Below, piece after piece: positions 26,883 to 35,503 of a DNA stretch of 49,497 bases (positions are counted from its first letter, which is position 1; every line of letters begins with the position of its first letter). The notes under the pieces are model-generated. The model saw nothing but the letters and a program-made list of their open reading frames with translations, searched no databases and was not told where the DNA came from. The stretch is taken from NCBI GenBank assembly GCA_009885085.1, contig VFLK01000013.1, positions 1 to 49,497 of the forward strand, given 5' to 3'. Source of the stretch: Minisyncoccota bacterium. Lineage in GTDB: Bacteria > Patescibacteriota > Microgenomatia > UBA1400 > PJMF01. The translations under genes and the position numbers were made by a program.

Positions 26883-28193
26883 TTAGAATTCCTTGATTGC
26901 CTTGGCAATTTCTTTGGAACCATTTAGAAAAAGTGGATCTATTGAGTGAGCGTTATTCATGGCTTTTTCAATCCAAGATTGTGATTTACCTTCAGTTGAA
27001 GAAAGTACTTCTAGCTGGGCAATAATATCGTCGATCATAACTTTTCTTGAAATATCTTTTTGTTCAAAAATTTCTCTAATTCTTTCTTCCCATTCTCCCC
27101 ATTCTGCTAAGGTTAAAAGAAATGATCCAGATGTGACTGCATCGTAGGCCATGTCTCCAGAAGGTTTAGTCAAAAATCCATCAGCCCAAGGGAAAGCATA
27201 TTTTATTAGTAACTCATTAGCATCAACGAGTTGGGGATGATAAATAATTCTTAGTTTTGCGGCTTTCTCACTAATTTTAGAAATTATTATTTTGTGTTTT
27301 TTGGCTAGTTCTTTGATAAGTTTTTCAATATCTTGATGTGTGCTCACATAAACAAGCAGCTTGTATTTATTATTTTTTCTAAGCTCTGGAAGGAGTTGTT
27401 CTAGAAGTGCTTCCATCTCATTTTTATTAGTTCCCAAACCCCCGGTGGTAAGACAAAGGTTGATTGATCCATTTCTCCATGGATGTTTTTTCTCTCTGGT
27501 AATAATGACTCTTGGGTCAATTGGAGGTCCAGTAACAATAATTCTATTTGGATCGGCTTCAATATCGTGCTTCGCTGCTTTTTCAAGGAATTCAATTTTA
27601 GTAGCTTCATTAAAAACGCAAAACTTGATATTTTTTTGGTCGGCGTACTTAACAAATTCATCTCTCACATGTGGATCGGTAATTACTTGAAGAATTTTTT
27701 TACCTTGTCCGGCTAGGATGTTGCCGGCCGCAATATGAAAAGATAAAATAGGATGATGGATATTCTCGGTTAAATGTAAAAGTGGGGGAGTAATGCTTTT
27801 TAGAATGGGCATTTTTCCTCTTCCAAAAGTATCGATTAAATCTTTAATTGTTTTGAGAATTGGGTGGCGAGCAATAGTTTTGCCAATTATTTCGGTAAGT
27901 TCGATTGAGTTCCAATTCTTATGAGAAACGTAATTGGTTGGGTCTACGATCCAAGCCTTTTTTGGATCAATTTTCTTACCCCAAATCTGAATTGCAACCC
28001 CAAGCGCCATCGAGTAGTGAGCTCTAGAAAAAACCACATCCTGAATAGTGTCGTCATCTGGGTATCCGTGACTTTTCTTTAAATCCTCTTTGTAACTTGC
28101 AGAAACAGTGATGATTGGAACTTTCGAAGTTTCAAGGAATTTTTTATCTTCTTTGAAAGTTTTGACTAAGTAGGGGTCAAATAGTTCTGGCAT
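26883..28193 (-). CDS. GT-B glycosyltransferase-like (MGDG synthase/UgtP-like)
   Basis: VITDPH, TGPPID, TTGGLG, ADGFLTKPSG, EWE. Confidence 0.55.
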   Translation of the reverse strand: MPELFDPYLVKTFKEDKKFLETSKVPIITVSASYKEDLKKSHGYPDDDTIQDVVFSRAHYSMALGVAIQIWGKKIDPKKAWIVDPTNYVSHKNWNSIELTEIIGKTIARHPILKTIKDLIDTFGRGKMPILKSITPPLLHLTENIHHPILSFHIAAGNILAGQGKKILQVITDPHVRDEFVKYADQKNIKFCVFNEATKIEFLEKAAKHDIEADPNRIIVTGPPIDPRVIITREKKHPWRNGSINLCLTTGGLGTNKNEMEALLEQLLPELRKNNKYKLLVYVSTHQDIEKLIKELAKKHKIIISKISEKAAKLRIIYHPQLVDANELLIKYAFPWADGFLTKPSGDMAYDAVTSGSFLLTLAEWGEWEERIREIFEQKDISRKVMIDDIIAQLEVLSSTEGKSQSWIEKAMNNAHSIDPLFLNGSKEIAKAIKEF

Positions 28194-28247
28194 ATATATT
28201 AAAAGTATATATGAGATGAAGATGTTTTAGCCAGTAGTTAAAAATTC

Positions 28248-28598
28248 TTGAGTATATTTGATATAATAGCTAGATATAAGGATATATTTATGGATATAAC
28301 ATTAAGCAACGTGCGTGTTGCTGAACTTGCTGAAAAATATGGTGTTAGACAATCAGTAACTTCAAAATTATTTTCTGGCGAAGATGAAAGAAAAACTGCA
28401 CTTGATGAAATTGAGATGTTTTTTCTTAATATTGTAAGATGGTATTTAGTAGAAGCTGAGGACATAAAAGATGCTTTAGAAATTATCAATCAATTTGGTG
28501 CTTACTCATTATGTGGAATTTTTGCGGACGAGTATTTATTAGAATATAGAAGAATAAATCCTGAAATCGATGGCGATTCCCTGGATCTGGAGGTTTAA
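28248..28598 (+). CDS. Hypothetical protein
   Basis: 116-codon ORF with protein-like composition; start uncertain (ATG at 28290 possible). Confidence 0.4.
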   Translation: MSIFDIIARYKDIFMDITLSNVRVAELAEKYGVRQSVTSKLFSGEDERKTALDEIEMFFLNIVRWYLVEAEDIKDALEIINQFGAYSLCGIFADEYLLEYRRINPEIDGDSLDLEV

Positions 28599-28696
28599 AG
28601 ATTGTTTGTGATTTTTTCAGTCATTTTTTTGCGCTCATTAAGGTTTATGAGGGATTTTTCCTGGTAGAAATGATAAAATGCATCTTACTTGGAGTT

Positions 28697-28767
28697 AGGG
28701 CCATAGTTTAACGGTAGAATAGAGGTCTCCAAAACCTTTGATGGGGGTTCGATTCCCTCTGGCCCTG
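28697..28767 (+). tRNA. tRNA-Trp(CCA)
   Basis: AGGGCCA/TGGCCCT, GAGGT-CTCCAAA-ACCTT, GGTTCGATTCC, G73. Confidence 0.95.
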
Positions 28768-28768
28768 C

Positions 28769-28806
28769 AAAATAAAAGAGAACCCGAATGGGTTCTATTT
28801 TATTTT
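28769..28806 (+). terminator. Terminator after tRNA-Trp
   Basis: AAAATAAAA-g-AGAACCC-gaat-GGGTTCT-a-TTTTATTTT. Confidence 0.8.
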
Positions 28807-28831
28807 ATGGGGTCGATAGGAAATTTAACCC

Positions 28832-28938
28832 TTGCGAAGCATAGTTCTGACACCAAGTGCCGTAACGAAGTGAAGGCACCTGGGAAATGCAAGTACCCCA
28901 GGGCACCTTCTCTTGCTTCGCAATTCACCTTGTGAGCC
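28832..28938. repeat. Structured tRNA-linked repeat element
   Basis: TTGCGAAGCA (28832-28841)/TGCTTCGCAA (28914-28923) inverted repeat enclosing a CCAAGTGCC/GGCACCTGG hairpin; right half matches the repeats after tRNA-Thr(TGT). Confidence 0.7.
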
Positions 28939-28973
28939 ATCCAACAGGAAATATAAATAGGTGGCGAATCGTA

Positions 28974-28992
28974 GATTCCTTCTGGCCCTGCA
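28974..28992 (+). repeat. Duplicated tRNA-Trp 3' end (att-like)
   Basis: GATTCCTTCTGGCCCTGCA vs GATTCCCTCTGGCCCTGCA at 28751-28769 (18/19). Confidence 0.85.
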
Positions 28993-29048
28993 TCGAAGAA
29001 TCGAACCTAAAGTTGCTCGAGTGAGCTCGCATGTGTTAAGATAATTGT

Positions 29049-29804
29049 ATGGAAAATCATCACCAACCACAAACACCTCTAGCACCAGAAGACACAGTCT
29101 CTCACTCCAATAAAAATCCATCATTGTCCATGCTTTTGAGTGGAGTGGCTCTGGTAACAGCAATTGTAGCTGGAGGAATTGGATACTATTTGGGTTCAAT
29201 GCAAAAAACTCAAACCGCATTGCCTGAGCAGGAAGTTCAAGTTTCAACTAAGCCTGAAACTAATCAGGTCGCTTGTACTATGGAGGCAAAAATTTGCCCT
29301 GATGGCAGTTCAGTCAGTAGGGGTGGTCCAAATTGTGAATTTGCGGCTTGTCCAAATGAAGAGATTCAATCATCTCCTCTTGAAAGTCAGAAAGTGAAAC
29401 AAGAATATAAGAGTACTCAGTTTACATATAGTTTTGAGCATCCAAAGAGTTGGGTGCCATCTCGGACATCTAACGATGATGGTGAACTCATCATTTTGTC
29501 CGATAATGAAAAAAATACGATGGAAATTAGTGCCGCAAAATTACCAACAGAGGGTTTAGAAAAATTTCTTCAAGATCGAGTTAAAGATTATGAAATCAGT
29601 TCTTTTTCCCAAAATCCTCAATATAAATCCGAAAGTGTTTATAAATTAGGTGGATTTCCAACTAAAGAGATCTCATATCGATCAATGGATGGCATTGGAT
29701 ATGTAGAGTTATTTACTCAAGTGAGAGACGAGTATTTTGTTCGTGTTACAACTCCAGTTGATGAGCTCCACCAGCAAGTCATATCATCATTTGAGCTAAA
29801 ATAG
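29049..29804 (+). CDS. Membrane-anchored PsbP-like protein with CTMEAKICPDGS...CEFAACP mini-domain
   Basis: TM, CPR-typical Cys motif, YSFEHPKSW and C-terminal QVISSFE pattern. Confidence 0.65.
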   Translation: MENHHQPQTPLAPEDTVSHSNKNPSLSMLLSGVALVTAIVAGGIGYYLGSMQKTQTALPEQEVQVSTKPETNQVACTMEAKICPDGSSVSRGGPNCEFAACPNEEIQSSPLESQKVKQEYKSTQFTYSFEHPKSWVPSRTSNDDGELIILSDNEKNTMEISAAKLPTEGLEKFLQDRVKDYEISSFSQNPQYKSESVYKLGGFPTKEISYRSMDGIGYVELFTQVRDEYFVRVTTPVDELHQQVISSFELK

Positions 29805-29834
29805 GTTCGAACATCCTTCACTAGTCCCTGCAAA
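29801..29834 (+). repeat. Cassette-boundary repeat copy 1
   Basis: ATAGGTTCGAACATCCTTCACTAGTCCCTGCAAA; contains the TAG stop of the upstream gene. Confidence 0.85.
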
Positions 29835-29920
29835 ACATCAATTTTTGCCTATAAATCAATCTAAAATTGTTATATTATAGCTCAATCTATTCGTTTCTTT
29901 ATATCTGATAGAATTAAACA

Positions 29921-30493
29921 ATGAAACAAATAATCAGTTCTATTGCGGTAATTTTAACCTTCGCAGCATATGTTCCTTATTATAGAGATATTTTAAAAGG
30001 TAAAACCAAACCACACATTTACAGTTGGTCTTTATGGGGATTACTAACTGTTTTGCTTGTCATTCTACAGATTAGGGGTGGAGCTGGTCCAGCGATATGG
30101 GTGACAGCTTCAGCAGGTCTACTTTGTTTCGGTGTGGTTTTTTTAAGTCTTAAAAATGGCAATAAAAACATAACAACATCTGACACGATAACTGCAATTT
30201 TGTCATTAGTTGCTATTGGTTTTTGGCTTATTGCTGATCAGCCAGTGTTGTCAATAATTTTAGTAATTATTGCAGATGGCTTAGCATTTATTCCTACTGT
30301 TCGTAAATCTTGGTTAGATCCACATTCAGAAACATTATCACTGTATATTACAAATGCTTTGAGGTTTTTTTTGGCCTTAGCAGCTGTTGAGAGATATACT
30401 TTTCTTTCTACCTCATGGATAGTTTTTTGGGCAATTGGAAATGCAATGTTTTCTCTAATGCTCATTCAAAGACGAAGACAATTACAAAGCTAG
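29921..30493 (+). CDS. Six-TM membrane protein (PQ-loop-like)
   Basis: PY.RDIL.GKTKPH..SW..W, PT.RKSW.DP.SE duplication pattern. Confidence 0.65.
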   Translation: MKQIISSIAVILTFAAYVPYYRDILKGKTKPHIYSWSLWGLLTVLLVILQIRGGAGPAIWVTASAGLLCFGVVFLSLKNGNKNITTSDTITAILSLVAIGFWLIADQPVLSIILVIIADGLAFIPTVRKSWLDPHSETLSLYITNALRFFLALAAVERYTFLSTSWIVFWAIGNAMFSLMLIQRRRQLQS

Positions 30494-30573
30494 AATATTT
30501 TCAACCAAATTTTATTAATCAATAATCTATAAGTTTAGACACAGTCTTTTTGTTCTGGTATATAATTGTTCTC

Positions 30574-31044
30574 ATGAAATTAAAAATTCTCACAAAAAAA
30601 GATATCGATCTGATAATTGAGCTAGAGAAACATAGTGCTCCAGAAAAACCTCACTATGCTAGATATGACATAAAAGCTTTGAGCTATATTTTCGAAAATC
30701 CAAATAAATGTGGAGCCTTTGGGATGTTTGATGATAAAAAGTTAATTGGATGGGGAGCGTATAGATCTAATTGGAAAAAAAATAATAAGGAGAGTGAGAT
30801 TTGTGAGGTAAGTTCTATAGTTGTGGATAAAGATTATAGACGAAGTGGTCTTGGAAATACTATTTTGAATAAAATACTAGAAGTTTTAAAACTAAAAAAA
30901 CTTGATAAGGCTTTCTTAACAGTTTCACCACTTAATGTTGGGGCATTAATCTTATATTTGAAAAGAGGATTTCTAATTTACGACTTTAGAAAAGATATTT
31001 ATGGTCCTGGAGCAGACAGAATTTATCTTGAGATAAATCTTTAA
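30574..31044 (+). CDS. GNAT family N-acetyltransferase
   Basis: IVVDKDYRRSGLG, LTV...N..A..LY.KRGF. Confidence 0.88.
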   Translation: MKLKILTKKDIDLIIELEKHSAPEKPHYARYDIKALSYIFENPNKCGAFGMFDDKKLIGWGAYRSNWKKNNKESEICEVSSIVVDKDYRRSGLGNTILNKILEVLKLKKLDKAFLTVSPLNVGALILYLKRGFLIYDFRKDIYGPGADRIYLEINL

Positions 31045-31097
31045 TAAAATCAATCTTCCTATTATAAGCCCAAACCACCCTCCCAACTCGAGGAAAA

Positions 31098-31131
31098 ATA
31101 GGTTTGAACATCCTTCACTAGTCCCTGCAAA
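31098..31131 (+). repeat. Cassette-boundary repeat copy 2
   Basis: ATAGGTTTGAACATCCTTCACTAGTCCCTGCAAA (33/34 to copy 1). Confidence 0.85.
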
Positions 31132-31159
31132 TATCCTACACCTACGATATAATAACCTT

Positions 31160-31789
31160 GTGAAGAAAACTAAAAAAAAGATTTACCCTTGCTTGTTCAG
31201 CGCTTTTTTAATCTTTATAGGTGTAGTTGCGGCCTATCAATATTTTGTTCTTTTAAAGGATGGTCGTGAAACGTATGAGAGTGAAGCAAGGAGAGTCAAT
31301 ACAATGATTGCTAACAACCCCTCTTTTTTTAGTACTACTTTTGATGATATTTTCCCTTTTGCTTTGAATTGTCAGCAGAACAGAGATTAGTGTGTTGCTC
31401 AAACTCGACAAAAATTCGATGCAGTCGGGACTGCTGCTGAAGACTATCCTGTTGATCTTCAACCATCTAACAAGCATCCAATGTACTTTATTAAACTACT
31501 CCCTAATGGAACAATAGCTAAACTATTCTTTTCTGGCGACTTGATTTTAGAGCAGGTAAACACACGAGAAGAAATGAAAGTTATTACCTTACTTCAAGGT
31601 AAAAGAGATACATTATATGGTCCTTACTACGACCAGGAGATAATTGGAGTTGGTAAGACAGTAAACCACGCTTTTTTTGATCCCAAACCAGCATATTTGA
31701 AAGATTTATATGCTCAATTTGAGGCAATTATTCCCTATCATTCAAATTCAGAGATTATTGGCGGAATAGTTTATCTTCATGGAGAGTAA
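31160..31789 (+). pseudogene. Membrane-anchored 209-codon ORF interrupted by one in-frame TAG
   Basis: ORFs 31160-31390 and 31481-31789 are in frame; the 30 intervening codons are open after TAG at 31388-31390. Confidence 0.7.
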
Positions 31790-31823
31790 ATAGGTTCGAA
31801 CATCCTTTACTAGTCCCCGAAAA
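31790..31823 (+). repeat. Cassette-boundary repeat copy 3
   Basis: ATAGGTTCGAACATCCTTTACTAGTCCCCGAAAA (31/34), directly after TAA. Confidence 0.8.
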
Positions 31824-31920
31824 GTATCAAGTTTTTGTTTATACCAAAATCAACATCAACTTTAGCTAATATTAGGAATTTTATTTCTTTTTGATTTAAT
31901 TTCTCTGCTAAAATAGCAGT

Positions 31921-32271
31921 ATGATCATCGATGACGAAAATCAACATAAGCGCAATCAGTCAACAACTTCAGAGATATTTGATACCATACAAAAGCTGAG
32001 AAATGAAATTAGGCCAGAATTAGAATATGTTGCGGGAGCATTAGCAACATACTTGTATTTAGTTGCATTGATTAATCCTGAATTATTACCCATTTATGCT
32101 CAGCCAGTATTTGAAATACTTGGTAAATTACCCTTAAGCAAGTTTTCTCTTATGGCTTCTACTACCATTGCATTTATGGGATCTGTTGATGGCGCAAGAA
32201 GAATTGTTTTAGAATCCCTTCCTTTTTACAAAGCATATTTACAAGTTTTTTTACTGAATAAAATAGAATAA
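31921..32271 (+). CDS. Hypothetical membrane protein
   Basis: ORF with hydrophobic segments; TAAAAT 6 nt before ATG. Confidence 0.5.
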   Translation: MIIDDENQHKRNQSTTSEIFDTIQKLRNEIRPELEYVAGALATYLYLVALINPELLPIYAQPVFEILGKLPLSKFSLMASTTIAFMGSVDGARRIVLESLPFYKAYLQVFLLNKIE

Positions 32272-32361
32272 GGTTTAATTATCTATAGATAATTTGACGA
32301 TAATTCTCCGGTTTTTTTGTTGATGCCAACTTCTTACTAACTATTGTGATAGTATTTATTT

Positions 32362-32880
32362 ATGGAACAATTTTTGGCAATTATTAGAGGTGCTGGAGCA
32401 AGTGGGAAGACCACAATTGCAAAAAAGTTTAGAAATTTTGATAAGAAAGTAGTTTGGTTAAAAGTTGACAATTATAAGGATTTTTTTACAGAAAATTCTT
32501 CATTAGTTGAGCAAAAATATGTGGATGAGTGTGCAGTAGCTACGCTCAAATATCTTTTAGACAGTGGTTTTTCTGTAGTAATGGAGAAAATATTTTTTGA
32601 TCCACAAATTATCCCTTTAGCAGTAGATGAAGCCAACAAAAGACACATCAAAGTTGAAGTTTTTCAAATAAGATGTGCCTTAGAGGTTTTGCAAGAAAGA
32701 GATAAAAATAGACTGGGTATTAAAGAAGGTTGTCGCAAGCCTTTGGGAGATGATGTTATAAAAAATATATACGATCAATTGGAAGCGACCTATTATCCAA
32801 AGGCAATAGAATTGAATACAGATAAGTTAAGCGTTGATGAATCTGTTCAGAAAATTAAAAATAGTTTAGGATTAAATTAG
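32362..32880 (+). CDS. P-loop kinase-like (AAA_33) protein
   Basis: IIRGAGASGKTTIA Walker A, R...R lid. Confidence 0.8.
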   Translation: MEQFLAIIRGAGASGKTTIAKKFRNFDKKVVWLKVDNYKDFFTENSSLVEQKYVDECAVATLKYLLDSGFSVVMEKIFFDPQIIPLAVDEANKRHIKVEVFQIRCALEVLQERDKNRLGIKEGCRKPLGDDVIKNIYDQLEATYYPKAIELNTDKLSVDESVQKIKNSLGLN

Positions 32881-32946
32881 TTAAAATAGGTTAAAATACT
32901 TTTTCCGTTTATATTTTATCAAAAAATGTGATGATATGATTAAATT

Positions 32947-33867
32947 ATGTATGAGAGAGCACCACAATTTTCGACTTCTCCCAAAGATGTTTTTTCAAAG
33001 TTAAAAGATTCTGAGCTCAAATCAAAAGAGCCAAGTATTGTTGATTTAAGCTGGCTTAAGGATGCAAATTCGCTAACAGACGAAGAAATTATAAAGGACG
33101 TATTTAGAAATAATGAGTTGGCGGCTGAGATTTTTTTTGAACGAAGGGCAATTTTGCAGATACAAGTTTTTCAAGATCCGGAGGATCAAAAAAATGTTTA
33201 TATTGTTACCTCAAGAGAGAAAAACCTTGTAACGGTTATAAAGACAGATAAGCAAAATCTTCATGCCCAAATAGAAATATCTGCCAAAGAATTATTTGTC
33301 TCTAGCCCCTCAATGGAAAAGGCCATAGTTGTATCATCGTTATTTCCGAGTAATAACAAATCTTTAAATTTTGCAATGCTCGCATATTTGCGTATTCCAG
33401 ATAAAAATGGTCAGAAAAAAAGTGCTTTTGGTTTTGATTTACTAACGAACACTTTGCATTTTGATCAAATAGCTGATCAAGATACTCTGACTTCTTTGTG
33501 TCATGAACTTGGTCATATTTGGGCAGAAGCTCTAGGTATTGATAAGCAAACTTTGGAAAAAATTCAAGCTCTAAAAAATGGCTATGATGTTAATACACAA
33601 GATTGGGAAGTGATGAGCAAAGGAGTTTCTGAAGTCCTATTTTCTGAAAGAATGGCGAATATTATTGGAAAAATCATTGCTGAAAAAATTCAGAAGAGCA
33701 ACGTTTTTTCAGATAATATTACGAATCTTTTTTCTAGAGCATGGAGAGACAAACAAGAAGCTAAATATGATGAGCATTATTTAATACCAGCTATTGCCAA
33801 ATTTCCTGAGCTGACAGGTAAAATAAAGTCCTATTTTGCAAGTCGTTCAAATAGAACGAGAAATTGA
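32947..33867 (+). CDS. Hypothetical zincin-like protein (HExxH)
   Basis: LCHELGHIW followed by downstream SERMAN Glu. Confidence 0.55.
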   Translation: MYERAPQFSTSPKDVFSKLKDSELKSKEPSIVDLSWLKDANSLTDEEIIKDVFRNNELAAEIFFERRAILQIQVFQDPEDQKNVYIVTSREKNLVTVIKTDKQNLHAQIEISAKELFVSSPSMEKAIVVSSLFPSNNKSLNFAMLAYLRIPDKNGQKKSAFGFDLLTNTLHFDQIADQDTLTSLCHELGHIWAEALGIDKQTLEKIQALKNGYDVNTQDWEVMSKGVSEVLFSERMANIIGKIIAEKIQKSNVFSDNITNLFSRAWRDKQEAKYDEHYLIPAIAKFPELTGKIKSYFASRSNRTRN

Positions 33868-33910
33868 TTTTATTGTCAGAGGATTAAATGATCTTAAAAC
33901 TCTGGGATAA

Positions 33911-33944
33911 ACAGGTCAAAGCGTCCTTCACTAGGTTCAGTAAA
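33911..33944 (+). repeat. Cassette-boundary repeat copy 4 (degenerate)
   Basis: ACAGGTCAAAGCGTCCTTCACTAGGTTCAGTAAA (23/34; TCCTTCACTAG intact). Confidence 0.6.
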
Positions 33945-33967
33945 AGCAAAAAAGTAGTATTAAATCA

Positions 33968-34004
33968 TTGACAAAATAATGATATAGTAATAAAATATTG
34001 CTAT
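33968..34004 (+). promoter_or_regulatory. TA operon promoter with operator palindrome
   Basis: TTGACA-17-TAAAAT; ATAGTAATA-aaa-TATTGCTAT inverted repeat overlapping the -10. Confidence 0.7.
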
Positions 34005-34005
34005 T

Positions 34006-34263
34006 ATGACTAAAGTTCAACTTTCTCTTACCACACAAGAAGCTAGTCTTTTAGAAAATTATGGTTCTCAATTTGGCTATAATTTACCAAAAACAATTCG
34101 TTTCTTCATAAGTAAAGCATCAGAAGAAATCTTAAAAAATAAGATTCCTACTTTTTCTATGAGCGAGGAAACAGAAAAGAATGGTTTAGAAGCTTTAGAA
34201 GAACATCGTTTGGGTGAGACAGCAAAGGTTGATGATGTAGCAGACTTCTTTAGTTCTCTATGA
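34006..34263 (+). CDS. Putative antitoxin (RHH/RelB-like)
   Basis: N-terminal beta strand + helices, acidic C-terminus; ATGA overlap with downstream toxin. Confidence 0.7.
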   Translation: MTKVQLSLTTQEASLLENYGSQFGYNLPKTIRFFISKASEEILKNKIPTFSMSEETEKNGLEALEEHRLGETAKVDDVADFFSSL

Positions 34264-34520
34264 AGATTTATTTTTCCAAAAACTTCGCTAAGAAATCAAG
34301 CAAATTAATTAGCAAAAATCCTCAAATAAAACAAAAGCTGATTAAGCAAATTGCTTTGTTTAAGACAAATCAGCAACATCCTTCATTAAAACTTCATAAA
34401 CTTAAGGGTCAGAGATCAAGTCAGTTTGCTATTTGGATTGAAGGTGATCTGAGAGCGCTATGTATTCAAGACAATGACGAATATGTTTTCTTTGATTTAG
34501 TTAAGCATGATGAATATTAA
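34260..34520 (+). CDS. RelE/YafQ-family toxin
   Basis: F...F.K, HPSLKLHKLKG, I.GDLR, D...HDEY. Confidence 0.82.
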   Translation: MKIYFSKNFAKKSSKLISKNPQIKQKLIKQIALFKTNQQHPSLKLHKLKGQRSSQFAIWIEGDLRALCIQDNDEYVFFDLVKHDEY

Positions 34521-34583
34521 GTATTGAAACGAATAGGTTTCAGTATCGTCAGCTTGTTCCATTTTTTCTGTTAGAATTATCAT

Positions 34584-35162
34584 ATGAATAAACATGTTAA
34601 AGTTGCCGATTTAGTAAAAGAAGCTTACGAAAATTCTCAAGAATGGTTTGGACAATGGATGTGGAAGAATCATGTTCCAGTTGTTGCAAAAGAATCTGAA
34701 GAGTTGGCCGAGCGGTTTGGAGCAAATGCTGACTTAGCTGTAGCCGGAGCGTGGCTTCATGACTTTGGCGATGCGTTTGTTCATCGTAATTCAAAAGAAC
34801 ACAATGAAATTTCAAAAGTAAAATCAAAAGAGGTTTTGGAGAAAGCTGGATATAGTTTGGAAGAGATTGAAGAAGTTTTGAAAGTCGTAATTGCTCCGCA
34901 TTCCTGTAGAGATGGTTTTTTGCCAACTACTTTGGAAGGAAAAGTTCTGTCTACTGCAGATGCGCTAGCTCATATAACTACAGATTTTTTCGTTCATTTT
35001 ACTTGGATGCATCTTCCTGAAAACAAATCTTTAGCAGAATATAGGGAATGGGTAGCAAAAAAAATCGAACATGATTTTCAAATCAAGATTTTTTTTGAAG
35101 AAGTAAGAGCAGAGGTTAAAAATAGAGTAGAGGTTCTGAAAGAAGTATTTGTTGTCAAATAA
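34584..35162 (+). CDS. HD-domain protein
   Basis: NHV, WLHDFGD, H, APHS, STADALAH. Confidence 0.8.
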   Translation: MNKHVKVADLVKEAYENSQEWFGQWMWKNHVPVVAKESEELAERFGANADLAVAGAWLHDFGDAFVHRNSKEHNEISKVKSKEVLEKAGYSLEEIEEVLKVVIAPHSCRDGFLPTTLEGKVLSTADALAHITTDFFVHFTWMHLPENKSLAEYREWVAKKIEHDFQIKIFFEEVRAEVKNRVEVLKEVFVVK

Positions 35163-35187
35163 GTATAAATATTAATATTATAAAAAT

Positions 35188-35490
35188 ATGAATAATTTTA
35201 AAGTTTTCTTGCTAGTAATTTTTTCGATTGTTGTTACTGGTTGCACTCAAAAAGATGTTGATTCTAGTTTTAAAATAACAGACGGAGCCAGTTTAGAAGA
35301 AAAAAGTGGAGAATTCAGTTTGACAGGAAAAATTAGCAAGCCTGGCGATCAATATTTAATTACTCAGGCCTCTGGAGAAGTTCAAGAGCTTGAAAGCTAT
35401 ACGGTCAAGCTTGAAAACTATGTTGGGAAAACAGCTACCGTCGTCGGAGAGTTCAGCGGAAATACGCTGTTTATTACGGAAATAAAGTAA
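35188..35490 (+). CDS. Lipoprotein, OB-fold-like
   Basis: Lipobox VVTGC; L..YVGK.ATV.G.......ITEI. Confidence 0.6.
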   Translation: MNNFKVFLLVIFSIVVTGCTQKDVDSSFKITDGASLEEKSGEFSLTGKISKPGDQYLITQASGEVQELESYTVKLENYVGKTATVVGEFSGNTLFITEIK

Positions 35491-35503
35491 TATCTATAAA
35501 AGT

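Noticed and set aside
31388-31390. Genome-wide stop-codon reassignment
   Set aside because: TAG, TAA and TGA all end genes at expected positions (TAG ends rplK, galU and vapC); long ORFs translate cleanly in code 11.
29801-31823. Repeats as classical integron attC sites
   Set aside because: No RYYYAAC...GTTRRRY bracket or long imperfect palindrome, and no intI in the window.
29801-33944. 34-bp repeats as a CRISPR array
   Set aside because: Intervals are 0.7-2.1 kb and contain whole genes; no cas genes.
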